Shown here piece after piece: positions 26,945 to 39,434 of a stretch of 64,000 nt of DNA (positions are counted from its first letter, which is position 1; each line of letters begins with the position of its first letter). Source of the stretch: Neocallimastix sp. 'constans'. Taxonomy: Eukaryota. Made by a program: the position numbers and the translations under genes. Location: NCBI GenBank assembly GCA_050613775.1, contig JBODTK010000105.1, positions 496,001-560,000 on the forward strand. Reading direction: 5' to 3'. The notes under the pieces were generated by a model, which did not search any database, was not told where the DNA came from, and worked only from the letters and a program-made list of their open reading frames with translations.

Positions 26945-29900
26945 GACTTGTACCAAGACCTCCCTACTAATTTTATATTTCGACACTTGAAGTCTATTTA
27001 ATGAAGTAGGGAACAATATTCTTCTTATGAACATTTCTGACCATTATCTCACTAGTTTCAGGGTCACGTAAGGTAACTATATTGAAATCCGTCTTAACAA
27101 CTTTGAAATGACTAAAGAAGAAAGGATCTAACTTCTTTCGATTTAGATAGCGGACTAGTACAAGGTCACCACTTCTATAATTATTCTTCATTCGGTAAAC
27201 TTGTTGTCTTCTATCCTTCCATAAGACATTGGCATGTTTGATATTTTTTTTTAGCCTCTTGAATCCACTTTATTTATTAAATTTTCTAAGTAGAAATTCT
27301 TCTTGATTCTCTCAAGGACTCTTTCTATTAATATTCACTAAAAGTTCGAATGTTCGTTTTTCTAGTCTTCCATATATTAACTCAAAGCTCGAGAATCTCG
27401 TCTTTTCGCTTTTCATCCTTCTCAAGCCCATAGAGCCGAAGGAATTAATTCATCCTATTGTTTTTCTTTTTCACTTAACAATCTTAGATACTTACTTATT
27501 TCTTTGTTGCAGTCTTCTATTTTTCCATTAGTTTCTGGGTGATAAAGGATAGCTGATAAAATATAAATTCCATATAGGTCGAGAAATCCTTTTATTTGTG
27601 CTAATATGAATTGAAGACCGTTGTCTGTGATTAATAATTCTGGAATACCATGGCAACTAAATATGGTAGATAAAAACTTAATAATATCTTTTGATTGTAT
27701 TCTCTTAAGAGGTTCAGCATTGGCCCATCCAGTGAAATAGTCTACAAGAACTACTATATATTGATTATTATTATCTGTAACATACAAGGGACCTTTTGCA
27801 TGGGATAGTTTAAACAATGAGTCTGCAATTACATTCTTCTTTCCTTTTTCGTATTGAACCTTGATTTTTAAAAGACTAAGCTCTAATATCCAGTTAGTTA
27901 ATTGTCTGTTAGTGGGTTCTTTATTTTAAATAATCTTACTAAAGGTTTATGATCAATATAGAGGATCGTTTCAAAATCATTACCTTTTATATGTGACTTA
28001 AATTTCATTACGCATAAAAATGCAGCAGCACCTTCAATTTTGGTTCCCAAAGTGTTTTTCTCTTCCTTTTTCAATGTTCAGCTAACATAGTGGACTGGGA
28101 ACTCCTTTTTCTCACGGATCTGTAACAGAACTACATCAATTCTTACGATAAATGATTTCGAAAAATCAAGAAACTTCAGTATTGGGTAATTGATAATATA
28201 ATATTTTAATTTATTGGAAGCTTTTTTGACAGTCTTGACTTCATATGAATTCTTGATTTTCCTTGAATAGCTGATACAAACAATGGGCAATTTTCACAAA
28301 GTTCGTAATGAATTTACGGTAGTATCCTACCCACTCCTAAGAATGATCTAAGACTTAACACGTCTTTCTGTCTATCTTAATATTTGATATCCTCTATTTT
28401 CCTCTCCGTGGGTTTAATGCCATCTACCCTCAACAAATGACCTAAGACTTCATCTTCCTTCATAAAGAAGTTGCATTTTTCAATATTGATATTCAAACTG
28501 TTAGATTTTATAATTTGAAATACTTCTTTAATGTCCTTAAGATGTTGTTCTTCACTAGGAGAGAAAATTACTAGATCATCAAGGTAGACAAACATGCACT
28601 TACCGATCAGTGGGAAAAAGATGCGATTCATTTCCCACTGGAAGGTCGCAGGAGCGTTGGTAAGACCAAAGGGCATTACAACAAAATTATAGCTTCCAAA
28701 CGTTGTTGTGAAGCTGGTCTTTACTATATCTTCATTGTTCAGGGGTATCTGATGATACCCAGAAAAAAGATCTAAAACAGCGATAGCTTTTATATCTCAA
28801 CCTACGTAAAACAAAACCTCCTAAATGAGAGGGAGCGAATAAGAGTCCTTTGTAGTTATTTCGTTTAATTTCCAGTAGTCTATACAAAGTCTCCATTTTC
28901 CATTTTTTTTGGAAATAAGGATAACAAGTGAGGACCATGGAGTGTGAGACGAAACAATAAGTTTCTTGTTAATTATATTAATTAACTCTTCTTTGAGAAT
29001 ATTCGCCTTAGCCTTCGAAAGTCGGTAAGTACGTTGCTTTATTGGTTGGCTTCCTGCTTTTAGATGAATTGAATGGGGAAGCAAACTTGTTTTTGACAGA
29101 TCATCGGTACCCAAGGCAATGATATCGTCTTAAGAGCTTAGTATCTCTCTTATCTTCTTAAGAAATCTCTCATCACAGATACCAATGTTTTTGTTGTATA
29201 TCCTATTGAAAGTTTCACTCCTAGATTCCTCCTCACCAATATTATTGACAAAGATTTCAGGTTCACAGTTATCAACAATAGAATGAGGACTAATCGAAGT
29301 AGAAAGGGTCGATTCGGCATTTATAAGTAAATTTACACTTCTTCTTGTTTTATGTCAGCGTCTTCATCTGATCTGTCCAGCTTGTCTAATTTTTCAGCTA
29401 TTTCCCATAGATTATATTTTACTATTAATTTCTTTGAACAGTTCCTTAATTCTCGACTATAATTTATACAGAAAGAACATTCAAGAAGTTATTATTAACA
29501 ATTAATAAAATAATTAATTTTTTCAAATTGGGTTGAGATGTGAGTCAAACCCATGAAACATTGGTCATGGTCAAGGTAACTAACCATTGAACCAAGGTTC
29601 AAACTTTACAACTGAAGATTTCGTTACACTGAGTTTTAACTTTTAGACTAATATCTAATAATTGGGCAACTGAAATAAGCTTTTAAGCTCCTCAAGTCTT
29701 CACTGACATCATAATAAGAACCACCACCTAGTAATTTGATGTGATTTTCCCCTGTGGAAGCCATATTTTTCTCTTCTTCATCTACGTTAATTTTAGATTC
29801 TCCTTCTTTTTCTTTTATTTTCTTATTCTTATCTTGTTTTCCTTTCTTCTTAGCTTTCTCAATGGTCGGCTGAGCTATTACCGAGGGGTGTAATTCGGTC

Positions 29901-30510
29901 AGTGCTTCTGTATTGCTCCTTGGACTAACCTCGACTTCCATGGCAGCTCTCTCAAGTTGTCAAGTGGCCAGACAACCCATTATTAATGGTATTCTTTTCC
30001 TTCATACACCGAAGTATTTTACCGGAATGTGTGAATGGGTGAGAATACCTTGAATTTCTTGTTACCTAAGTGAACTGTTTCCTGTTTCCTTTAGGCTATT
30101 TTCTTCTTCAGAGTTCATTTCCTTTTCGAACTCAAGAAACTTTTGGACTTTGGAAGGACACTTGATGGCTTCTTCTATTGTTTCGCCTCGTCGTACAGGA
30201 CTGCATGACAAGCTCCCTTTCTGGTTTTAATAGATTTTAGGAAATCTTTTACTTTTATCCCCGACTTCAGGTCTTCATTTACCTTCTGGTATAATTCTAA
30301 ATATTTTCTGTTGAAATCTTCTAGTTCTTCATCAATTTTTATAGTGAGATTCTTCACTTTATCATATATATTGGTTTTTGTGGATTCATTGGCTGTCAAC
30401 AAGGCTTTCTTCATCTGGAGTAAAGTTGGATATCCTAATGAGTTATTGAATTCTTGAATTATAAATCTAACTTCTCCTTCAGTTACTAAGTAGGCAATAT
30501 ATAGGGTTAG
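26945..30510 (-). mobile_element. Degenerate Ty3/gypsy element (gag, RT, RNaseH, integrase fragments)
   Basis: MPFGLTNAPATFQ...YLDD (RT), PWSS...KKNGKWRLCIDY, integrase VDYFTGW...TDNG.QF...YHPETNG, and KLDPFFFSHFKV (GPF/Y module). Many stops and frameshifts. Purine tract near 26957-26968. Confidence 0.85.
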
Positions 30511-31064
30511 ATTTATATTAATTATTATTATTTAATAAGCTTATTCTAAAATGTCTAAAAGTATTGTTATAATTCAAGATATTACTAAAATTTCTTGATA
30601 ATTCTTATATTTAATTAAATAAAATTTATTCCATTATATTTTTAATTCTATTATTTTCTATTTTTTCTAAATTCTTTAATTTTTAAGAACTTTTTAGAAA
30701 CTTCTTTTTTTATTTTGATAGCTTAAACTTTTAAAAAAAAAATATAAATATGATTAAAATTCTTAATAAAAATTATTTTTTTCATTGTTTTTTTTTTATT
30801 TTAATATTTTATTTATTAATAAAACTTAATTTTTATATAAAACTTTTTTTTTAAATATTAATATTATATCAAACCTTGCGGCTTATAGTATTATAATGAG
30901 TATAAAAATAAAATTTAAAAATAATAAAATAAAATAATAAAAAAAGTAATTTTTTGTATTAGTGATTTTAAATATTTATTATAATATTTTGTTATACATA
31001 GAAAGTCTTTTGTAATAATCCAGATTTTCCGCAATTGAAGTGCTTATCACATTTCGGAATTTAA

Positions 31065-31950
31065 ACATATATTTTCTCATTTTTATTATCATTAAAATAT
31101 TCAGCTTTAATATCGATTTGTTTTAAAATCCCATTTATATATTGAAGTAATAGTAATTGTTAATATGAATCTATCCATTACTATTGAAGTAGAATAGGTA
31201 CAGGTGTAATAAACTATTTTAATTTGTCGTAAAACTCTTAAGATTAATCTTGCTTTATATATGCCATTATCTTTAATAGTAAAAACTCATATAACATTGA
31301 GAAATTTAACGCCTTTTGGAATATTTTTGTTATCCACATTTTCCATAAATTTTGTAATTCTTTTTTTTATTATTATATCTTTCCATTTGTCGATATTTTC
31401 TGAATTCTTGGTTTCTTCATAATTCTTTGGAATTAACGTATTAATGTTATTAACTCTATTTCTCTTGAGGTTTTCATTTTCATCTGAATCTGGTTTCCTC
31501 TCAAAAAAATGATATATTTAATATAGATGTTCTATCCTTCATTTTTCTTTCTTCTTTATATTGATAATTTTTTCTTTTTCTTTTTCAATAGTTTTTAGTT
31601 TTTTCTTCATCAGTTTTATCATTTTTGTTTTATTGCTTAGCAATAGATTATTATTCCATTAATATTAAATTTTATATCCTTTTCTTTGGATTTCCTTAAT
31701 TTTCCTTTATCTAAAGTTTCCAGATCACTAAAATTATCTTCCAATTCATTTTTATAATTATAGTCTCTAATTTTAATATTTTCATTTTATTATTTTTTTA
31801 AATTTAATTTTTCATTCATCTTCGAATTAACCAGATTCTTATGGTGGCTTTCAATTTTATTTTCAATAAGTTTCCAGTTTACAATTTCATAATTATTAAG
31901 GTTAGATTTAGATAAATTTTTATAATTATTAAGATTTATATTTTTTATTT
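31065..31950 (-). mobile_element. Ty1/copia RT remnant (N-terminal part plus linker)
   Basis: IPKNYEETKNSENIDKWK, VFTIKDNGIYKARL and QIDIKA on the minus strand. Probably continuous with 25930-26400 before the intervening insertions. Confidence 0.65.
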
Positions 31951-32398
31951 AAATTTGAAATTGTTTTATTCAAATTTTTATTAATATAATTTTTTTTAAC
32001 ATCTATGTTTAAAAAATTATTTGTGATTTTTTATGCTTTTTATGCTATTATCAGTAATTATATTAATAATACTATTATTTTCATTATTATTGTCATATAT
32101 AATATTGGTGTGGTTTTCATTTGATGTCTCAAAATATTAATTTCATAAAAATTTTTCATTTTATATTTTACATACAAATTATTATGTAATCAAATATTAT
32201 AAATATTTATAATACTTTAATATACAAAAGTTTAAATATTATGTTGAACTTTAAAACAATTTTTTTATTATTGTTTTTTTTTTTTTTTATTTTTTCATTT
32301 TTTATCTTTTTTTTTATTTTAAAATTAATATGACTTAAATTTTAACTCAAAAAATTCAAAAATTGAAGAAAGTTTAAAAATGATTCTTTTTAAATACT

Positions 32399-35107
32399 TT
32401 ATATATTAATAAATAATAAATAAAATTTAATTGAATAATACATTTTATTTGAATATATATCATTCTTATTCTTATTCATATTATTATTTATATTTATTTT
32501 CTCAATAATAGCATTATTCAAAATATCTTTAGATTTATTTAAATTATTATATTCCTCATTACTTTCATTCGTATTTGGATTTAAATAATTATTTGAATTA
32601 ACATTTGATTCATTTACACTAATATTATCATGAGTTATATTACTTACTTTTATTTCATTACCTGTAGTATGATTTATATTTTCTTGGTTGTTAACATTTA
32701 AATTATGATTATATTTATCATCAAAATTATTCCCATATAACTCATTATCATTATTCAAATTATGTTTATTTATATTTTCATTGGAATTATTATTATAATT
32801 AAAATTTAAATTATTAGTGATATTTCCATTATTATTTATTCCTGTATATGCATTTTCCTTTAAAGGTTTGTTTACATTATCTACTTCAAAATTTAAGTTT
32901 TCTTGAATTGAATTAGTATTTATCTTATTTGAATCTTGATCCTTAAGGAGATTATTAATATTGAATGAATTATTATTATTCTCAATGGGTTGATTAATAA
33001 TGTTTGCTTTATTGAAATCAACGTTAGTATTATCAATATTATCTGTTTCATCATCCTGAATATTCCTGATCACATTTTTCGAATTACCTATAAATTTATT
33101 ATTATTATAATTAACAATATTTTTATTTAAATTACTTGAATAATTAACATTGTTTAAATTGTTATTATAATTATTCAATAGATAATCATTATTATAATTA
33201 TAATTTTTATTTCCATTTAAAAAATATTTATTATTTTCATTTTGGAAATAATTATAATTATTATTTGAATTTAGTTCATTTAAATTATTTTTATTATTAT
33301 TTATAAATGAAGGATTAACGTTTTGTGAATTTATTAATTGAGGATTAAAGTTAGAATTTAAATAATTTGGTACATTAATATTATAAAATGGTACATTAGG
33401 ATAGTTGTAATTGATTGGGGAAATAAAGTTATTATTACCATTTTGGTAATTATTAAAATTAACATCATTATAAGGAATATTTGGATTAAAATATGGATTA
33501 ATAAATTTTTCATTTAAATTATAATTAATATAATTATCATTGTTTGATTTTCTCATATTTTCAATATTATCTATTGTATTATTATCATTATAAATGTTAT
33601 AATTATAGTTATTGTTACTGTCACCTATATTATTGTTATAATTATTATTAACATTATTATCAATAATATTATTATCTTCAATTTCATCATTATTTTCTTC
33701 GATTTCACAATATGGTAAGAAATTTAATGTGTCTGGAGTAGTAGAAGGGGAATTCATATTTCCTGGTTCATCTTCTATGAATACTACAGCTCTTGAAAGA
33801 ATTATTTTATTGTTTGTAATATCATATATTTTATAGGCTGTATGATTAATTTCATCATACCCTAAAAATATACCTGGTAAAGTGGTATTCGAAAACTTTT
33901 TTCTAAATTGTTTGGGTACGTAGAAATATGTTAAACACCCAAATACCCTAAATTTATTATAGTCAACTTTATCATTATATAATATTTCATATGGGATCTT
34001 ATTATTGTTACCTTTATGTGGTAACCTGTTATGAATATAATTAGCAGTTGAAACTGCATCTTCCCAAAATTTATGATTTAACTTTGCATCTGCAAGCATT
34101 GCCTCTGCATTAGAAATCAAAGTTCCATGTAATCTCTCAACTCTTCCATTTTGTTGAGGATTGTAAGGAATAGTACTCTCATGTACTATACCGGTTTTAT
34201 CATAAAATTCTCTAAATCTATTGTTAAAGAATTCAGTACCATTGTCAGTCTTAATATACTTTATATTTTTATTAAAAATATTCTTAATTTGATTGTACCA
34301 GTTGATAAATGCATCAAATGTTTTACTTTTATTTTCTATAAAACAAATCCAGCTGTATCTTGAGTAGTCATCTAATATAGTTAAGAAATATTTATTTCCA
34401 TAAACAGAGTAGTCTGGTACATATACTAGATCCATATGGATAAGCTCGAATGTTTCTTTGGTATTATTTTTTGCAGGTGGATAAGGGAAATTTTTTAGTT
34501 TTGATTTTGAACATATTTTACATCTTTTCGAGATGTTAATTTTGGATAATTTATCTTTAATTAAATCAATATTAAAATGACCCATACGTCTGTGCCACAA
34601 TTCCATATTATTATCTTCTGTGGCTTTTTCTAAATTATTACAAGTGTATCTGTTGGGCATATTAATATTTTTTCTAGTCATTATTACTTTATATGTTTTA
34701 GAATTATTTGATATTGATGTGTATATTCTTTTATTTTTGTTATTAAATATAGCAGCATGATTTTTATTTTTGTATCTATAAAATACTGTCTTAAAGTTTT
34801 CATTGCTCAAATGGTCAATTGAAAGAAGATTTTTCTTGAATGTAGGTATATACAAGACGTTATTAAGAGTAATTTTGTTACCGTTAATATAACCTACAAA
34901 TTTTCCAATTAATTTTGATTTAATTATATGATTATTTGCGAAGTGGATGCTTACTTCATGTTTTTGGGAGTCGACTAAGTTATTAACATTTCCAGTCATG
35001 TGATATGACGCTCCAGAATCTAAAGTCCATTCAGTAACGTCATTATTGATTTTATTAGGTAAATTTATTGTTAAATTATCGGCAGTATAATAATCAATAT
35101 TCTGCAT
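32399..35107 (-). CDS. Copia Pol fragment: protease, pre-integrase, integrase, SH3-like module, Asn-rich tail
   Basis: WTLDSGASYHM, LWHRRMGH, HMDL...LDDYSRY, TDNGTEF, QNGRVER, GIFLGY. The ORF runs into flanking DNA before RT. Confidence 0.9.
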   Translation of the reverse strand: MQNIDYYTADNLTINLPNKINNDVTEWTLDSGASYHMTGNVNNLVDSQKHEVSIHFANNHIIKSKLIGKFVGYINGNKITLNNVLYIPTFKKNLLSIDHLSNENFKTVFYRYKNKNHAAIFNNKNKRIYTSISNNSKTYKVIMTRKNINMPNRYTCNNLEKATEDNNMELWHRRMGHFNIDLIKDKLSKINISKRCKICSKSKLKNFPYPPAKNNTKETFELIHMDLVYVPDYSVYGNKYFLTILDDYSRYSWICFIENKSKTFDAFINWYNQIKNIFNKNIKYIKTDNGTEFFNNRFREFYDKTGIVHESTIPYNPQQNGRVERLHGTLISNAEAMLADAKLNHKFWEDAVSTANYIHNRLPHKGNNNKIPYEILYNDKVDYNKFRVFGCLTYFYVPKQFRKKFSNTTLPGIFLGYDEINHTAYKIYDITNNKIILSRAVVFIEDEPGNMNSPSTTPDTLNFLPYCEIEENNDEIEDNNIIDNNVNNNYNNNIGDSNNNYNYNIYNDNNTIDNIENMRKSNNDNYINYNLNEKFINPYFNPNIPYNDVNFNNYQNGNNNFISPINYNYPNVPFYNINVPNYLNSNFNPQLINSQNVNPSFINNNKNNLNELNSNNNYNYFQNENNKYFLNGNKNYNYNNDYLLNNYNNNLNNVNYSSNLNKNIVNYNNNKFIGNSKNVIRNIQDDETDNIDNTNVDFNKANIINQPIENNNNSFNINNLLKDQDSNKINTNSIQENLNFEVDNVNKPLKENAYTGINNNGNITNNLNFNYNNNSNENINKHNLNNDNELYGNNFDDKYNHNLNVNNQENINHTTGNEIKVSNITHDNISVNESNVNSNNYLNPNTNESNEEYNNLNKSKDILNNAIIEKININNNMNKNKNDIYSNKMYYSIKFYLLFINI

Positions 35108-35137
35108 AGGGAGTACACTGCCGTTACCTAAAAATCC
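35080..35137 (-). promoter_or_regulatory. Candidate -1 programmed frameshift signal (G GAU UUU + 7 nt + 10-bp stem)
   Basis: Heptamer 35137-35131 directly before the gag UAG. Pol is in the -1 frame. Stem CGGCAGUGUA (35123-35114) / UAUACUGCCG (35089-35080). Confidence 0.65.
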
Positions 35138-36200
35138 TTTTTATTATTTATCTTTTTCTCTACAATCGCACTATTGGATTCACAATGTTCATTATCGTTG
35201 TAGTCTGTATTTAAAACGTTATCATAAATGTTTTTATAATTTTCTTCATATTTTGTTTCTTCTGCATTGTTCGCATATGTACGTCCTTTTCTAGAATTGT
35301 ATTTTTTATTTTTGTATGAATACTCTTTTCCTTTATTATTGTGCTTATATTTATTGTAATTTTTACCATTGTTAATGTGGCGTTTACTGCTACAATTTCT
35401 TGCAATGTGCCCGAAACCGCCACAATTATAACATTTGAAATTTTTATTAATATTGTACGTATTATTTCTTTTGTTTATATAATTATGATTTATATTTTTA
35501 TGTTTATTTTCTTCAGTGCTGCTAAACAAGGAATTAGTGTTATATTGATTATTTTTATATTCCTTTAAGAATTTTAACTTTGGAATTATTTTATTTAAAT
35601 GCTTGCAGCATCCTTCCCAATTATCGTGATAGCTAATAATGTTGGTCGCATGTATGAGGTCATAAGGTAACGATTTATAAAGATAATTATATTTTGCTTC
35701 GTCACTAACCTCATCATTTAAATCCTTGAGTTTATTAAAAATATTTATCATGTTAGACAAAAATAATTCAAAATCTTCATTCTTGTTAAAAGACATTACT
35801 TCCAATTCTTTTCTATAATTTATTTTCCTTTGCTCTTCACTTTCTAAGTAGGTAGATTCAATCAGCTTCCAAACTTGATGTGCTGATTTTGTTCTGAAAT
35901 CTATTTTAATCTTGATTGAGTCATCAAGATTAAGACTTATTATTCTTTTTGTCATTGCATCATTTTTTATTTGCTTTTTAGTCACTCCTTTTGCGTAGTA
36001 CAGGTCCTTAGTGCACATAATTGGAATACATCCTTCTTCGTATTCGCTGTCAGATTTATGTATCATCTTAACATTATCTTCGTAAATATAAGATTCTAAT
36101 TCATGGGTGACGAGTAACAGTTCCATATCAGAGGCCCAACAAGGATAATTCTTTTACTTAATATTTTGACATTAGATGAAATTGTTAATGATTCACTCAT
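35128..36200 (-). CDS. Copia Gag with CCHC zinc knuckle
   Basis: CYNCGGFGHIARNC. Likely ATG at 36200 is 1 nt out of frame with ORF 35128-36126 (homopolymer indel or sequencing error). Confidence 0.85.
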
Positions 36201-36372
36201 TTTGTTTTATTTTTATTTATTCTTTTTTTTTTTTAAAAGACAACAAAATAAAATATGTAATTATTATATTAAATAATCAATAAATGATTTAATCTTTATT
36301 TAAAAAAATATTTCTTAATTTTAATATTAAAAACTCGTTATATAATATTATAAAACACTAGTAGAGTCAAAC

Positions 36373-36386
36373 TGAGACTCTTAATC
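36373..36386 (-). promoter_or_regulatory. Primer-binding site complementary to the tRNA-Lys(CUU) anticodon arm
   Basis: GATTAAGAGTCTCA directly abuts the LTR end. Reverse complement TGAGACTCTTAATC matches the eukaryotic tRNA-Lys(CUU) anticodon stem-loop as I recall it. Confidence 0.8.
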
Positions 36387-37792
36387 TATTAAAAATATTT
36401 CTTTGAAATTGAGATTTCGATCTCTACTTTTAATAATATCTTTATTTAATAAGGTTATTGTTTATAATTAATTGTATAATACAATTATATAAACATCATT
36501 TATTACATTTAATATAACTATATTTGGTTGTTTATGTAAGTATATGATGTACGTCATATATGCGCCACAATATATTTACATAACAATATATATTTAATTA
36601 TTTAATATATTAATAATATTATATTCTAAGTTATTATATAACTAACTATAATATAGTATCATAATATTAAACTTTATTTCTAACAAATTTTAACTCAAAA
36701 AATTCAAAAAATGAAGAAAGTTTAAAAATGATTCTTTTTAAATACTTTATATATTAATAAATAATAAATAAAATTTAATTGAATAATAATACATTTTGTA
36801 TTATACACATCATATCTGACTCCTTAACAAAAATTTATATATAGAAAATAAAATTTTAAGAAAAAAAAATTTTTTTAAATTTTTATAATTAATAACCAGT
36901 TAAAAGTTTTTCCTATATTTTTATTTTATAAAAAAATCAAATAGTGTTGATAATAAATAACCATTTAAAAGTTTTTCCTATTGTATATTTATTTTCATAA
37001 AAAAGTTTTATGGTGTTGATATTAATAAATATTTTTTAATAGTTTTTTTCTATTATATATTTGATTTTACTAAAACTTCTAATTAGTTATTTATTATTTT
37101 AAAATATTGAATGCAATATGATTTAATTATATAATTAAATAAAATATATATAATTATTAATTAAATATAATTAAATCAATTGTTTTTATTAAACTATAAA
37201 CATTTTATTTTATATTAATTATATATACAAATGAAATATTTATTTTCGAATAGATAAATTTATAGATTAATAATTTATTATAAATATAATACAAGACATT
37301 ATAAAATAAAAAATAAAAACATTGATTATGAAATTGAAGTAATAATAATTTATTCATTTCTAAATTTTGGTAACTTTATATTTAATTATGAGTTTTTATT
37401 GAATTTTGATCATTCAAAAATTTTTTTTTTTTTTTTTTTTTTAAATTTTAATTTCAAAAGGAAAATTCATTAATCGAGTTAAAATAATTTTTATTTTTCA
37501 TTTATTGGATATATAATATATATATATATCATAGTAAGACATTTATATTTAAATTATGATATTTGGTATTGATTTTAAATTAAATCATAAAAATTTAATT
37601 TTTTTAATAATCTGGAATAAATATGCTAATTATTTTTTTTTTTTTTTATTACATTCCTAAAACAATTTTGAATATTTTTTTTATAAACAATATATATTAT
37701 TATTTAAATAAAAAGAAATAGTATTAATACGAAAATTTTAATTTATTAGTATTTATTATTTAGAAGATTTTATTAATAAGTTAAAAAGAGAA

Positions 37793-37938
37793 ATGATTAA
37801 TTTATATATTTTAGTTTTTTTTTTTTATTTTTTTTTTTTTTTTTTTTTTACTTTTTTATAAGTATAGGTATAGTAAATATATAATAAAAAGAACTTTTTA
37901 AATTTTAAATAATATAAAAAATTATTTTTAAATTTTCT

Positions 37939-37982
<44 letters not shown>

Positions 37983-39434
37983 AATAGCAAATACTCTAAC
38001 TCTTAATGCAATTGCATTTGCAAGAAATGGTGCAGGAGAATTGTACTATCCCCTCATTAAACAATTTAATAAATTTTCGAAACAAAATAAATTAAATATT
38101 AATGTACATTTAAATCTTTTTTCTGATGCAAATTCAACCACTCTCGTTTCAGATTATGAATCATTGCTTGAGGCTTCTTTTAAAATGAATAAAAAATTTG
38201 AATATGATATAATTTTTTATGATAACGTTTATACTACCAGATTTGGACAACATTTAGCAAATTTAAAAGGATTAATACCTGATGAACATATTGATTTATA
38301 TAAACCAGGAATTGCTTCAAGATCATGTGTTTATGGAAAGGACAAATGGGTTGGACTTGTAATATATAATACATTTTAAATATTTTTTTTTTTATTGTAT
38401 TATATTTAAAATTATATATTTTTTTCTCAGAAATAAAAATTAATACTAAATCTTTAATATACATTAAGCCAGTTAGTTTTGATTTCGCAGTTTTATATAC
38501 AAATTTTAATTATATATATAAATATAACAAAACTATTCCAACAACATGGGAAGAATTAATAGAAACAAGTAAATATATTAGAGATGAAGAGGAAAAACTT
38601 AATAATACTTTAATGACTTACAATGGATTATTCAATAGTAAATTTAAAAAATATTAATATTAATATATATATATATATTTAATAATTTAATTATATACAT
38701 TTAATTAAAATTAAATTTAAATACTTTAATTTTTATTTAATTTATCATAATTTTTATATATATATATATAAATGCTAATACATTAAATATTAGATAGAGA
38801 ATCTGGAACATGTACATTTTATGAATTTATATATTCATTCAGAAAAGAAGTTAATGATGATTATCCTGAATTTCCAAGTAAAGAAGCAATTGAAGCTTTG
38901 GAAATGATGAAAAGAATGAAAGAAGAAATAGGCTCAGGTAAATCTTCTTTCATTTTTAGTTAATCAATATAATTTTTTGTTTTTTCTTTATTTTTTTATT
39001 ATTATTATTATTGTTATTTATGGAGAAGTTAAGTTTACAATTCATATAAATTTAATTAATTAAAATTTAATTAAATTTATTTAATAGATTTAGTATTTAA
39101 ATCTAGTGATGATTACACGATAGAAAAATTGAATAATGGAAAATTTATATTTTTAAAATATTGGTATACACCAACATTTACCAATTATAATGTATCTGCA
39201 ATTCCAGGAGGTAAAGATGGAATATCAGGATCAACCATTGGAGGATATAATATAGGTATCAATGATAATATTAAATATGAAAAGAAAGTGGCTTCCGCAA
39301 AAGTTTTGACCTTCATAACATCTAAAGAAATACAAAAAAATATGGTAATGGAAAAAAATTTATATTCTGGAATCCCTAGTTTATATGAGGATGAGGAAGT
39401 TTGTAAAGTAGTATATAATAAAAATTTAATATAA
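37793..39434 (+). pseudogene. Truncated receptor copy 4 (most of the SBP ectodomain, no 7TM)
   Basis: Exons 37793-37867, 37988-38358, 38469-38637, 38794-38937, 39088-39434. Near-identical inverted copy of receptor 5 up to 39413. Exon 1 poly-T is expanded to 75 nt versus 49 nt (frameshift). The 7TM region is deleted. Confidence 0.8.

Larger units (their letters stand above)
32441..36685 (-). mobile_element. 3'-truncated Ty1/copia element (5' LTR, PBS, gag, PR-IN; no RT)
   Basis: LTR 36387-36685 (TGTTAGAAATA...TATTTTTAATA), adjacent PBS, gag and pol ORFs. Flanked by a ~105-bp direct repeat. Confidence 0.9.

Noticed and set aside
36373..36387. tRNA-Lys gene
   Set aside because: Only the anticodon arm is present, with no acceptor, D or T arms; interpreted as a PBS.
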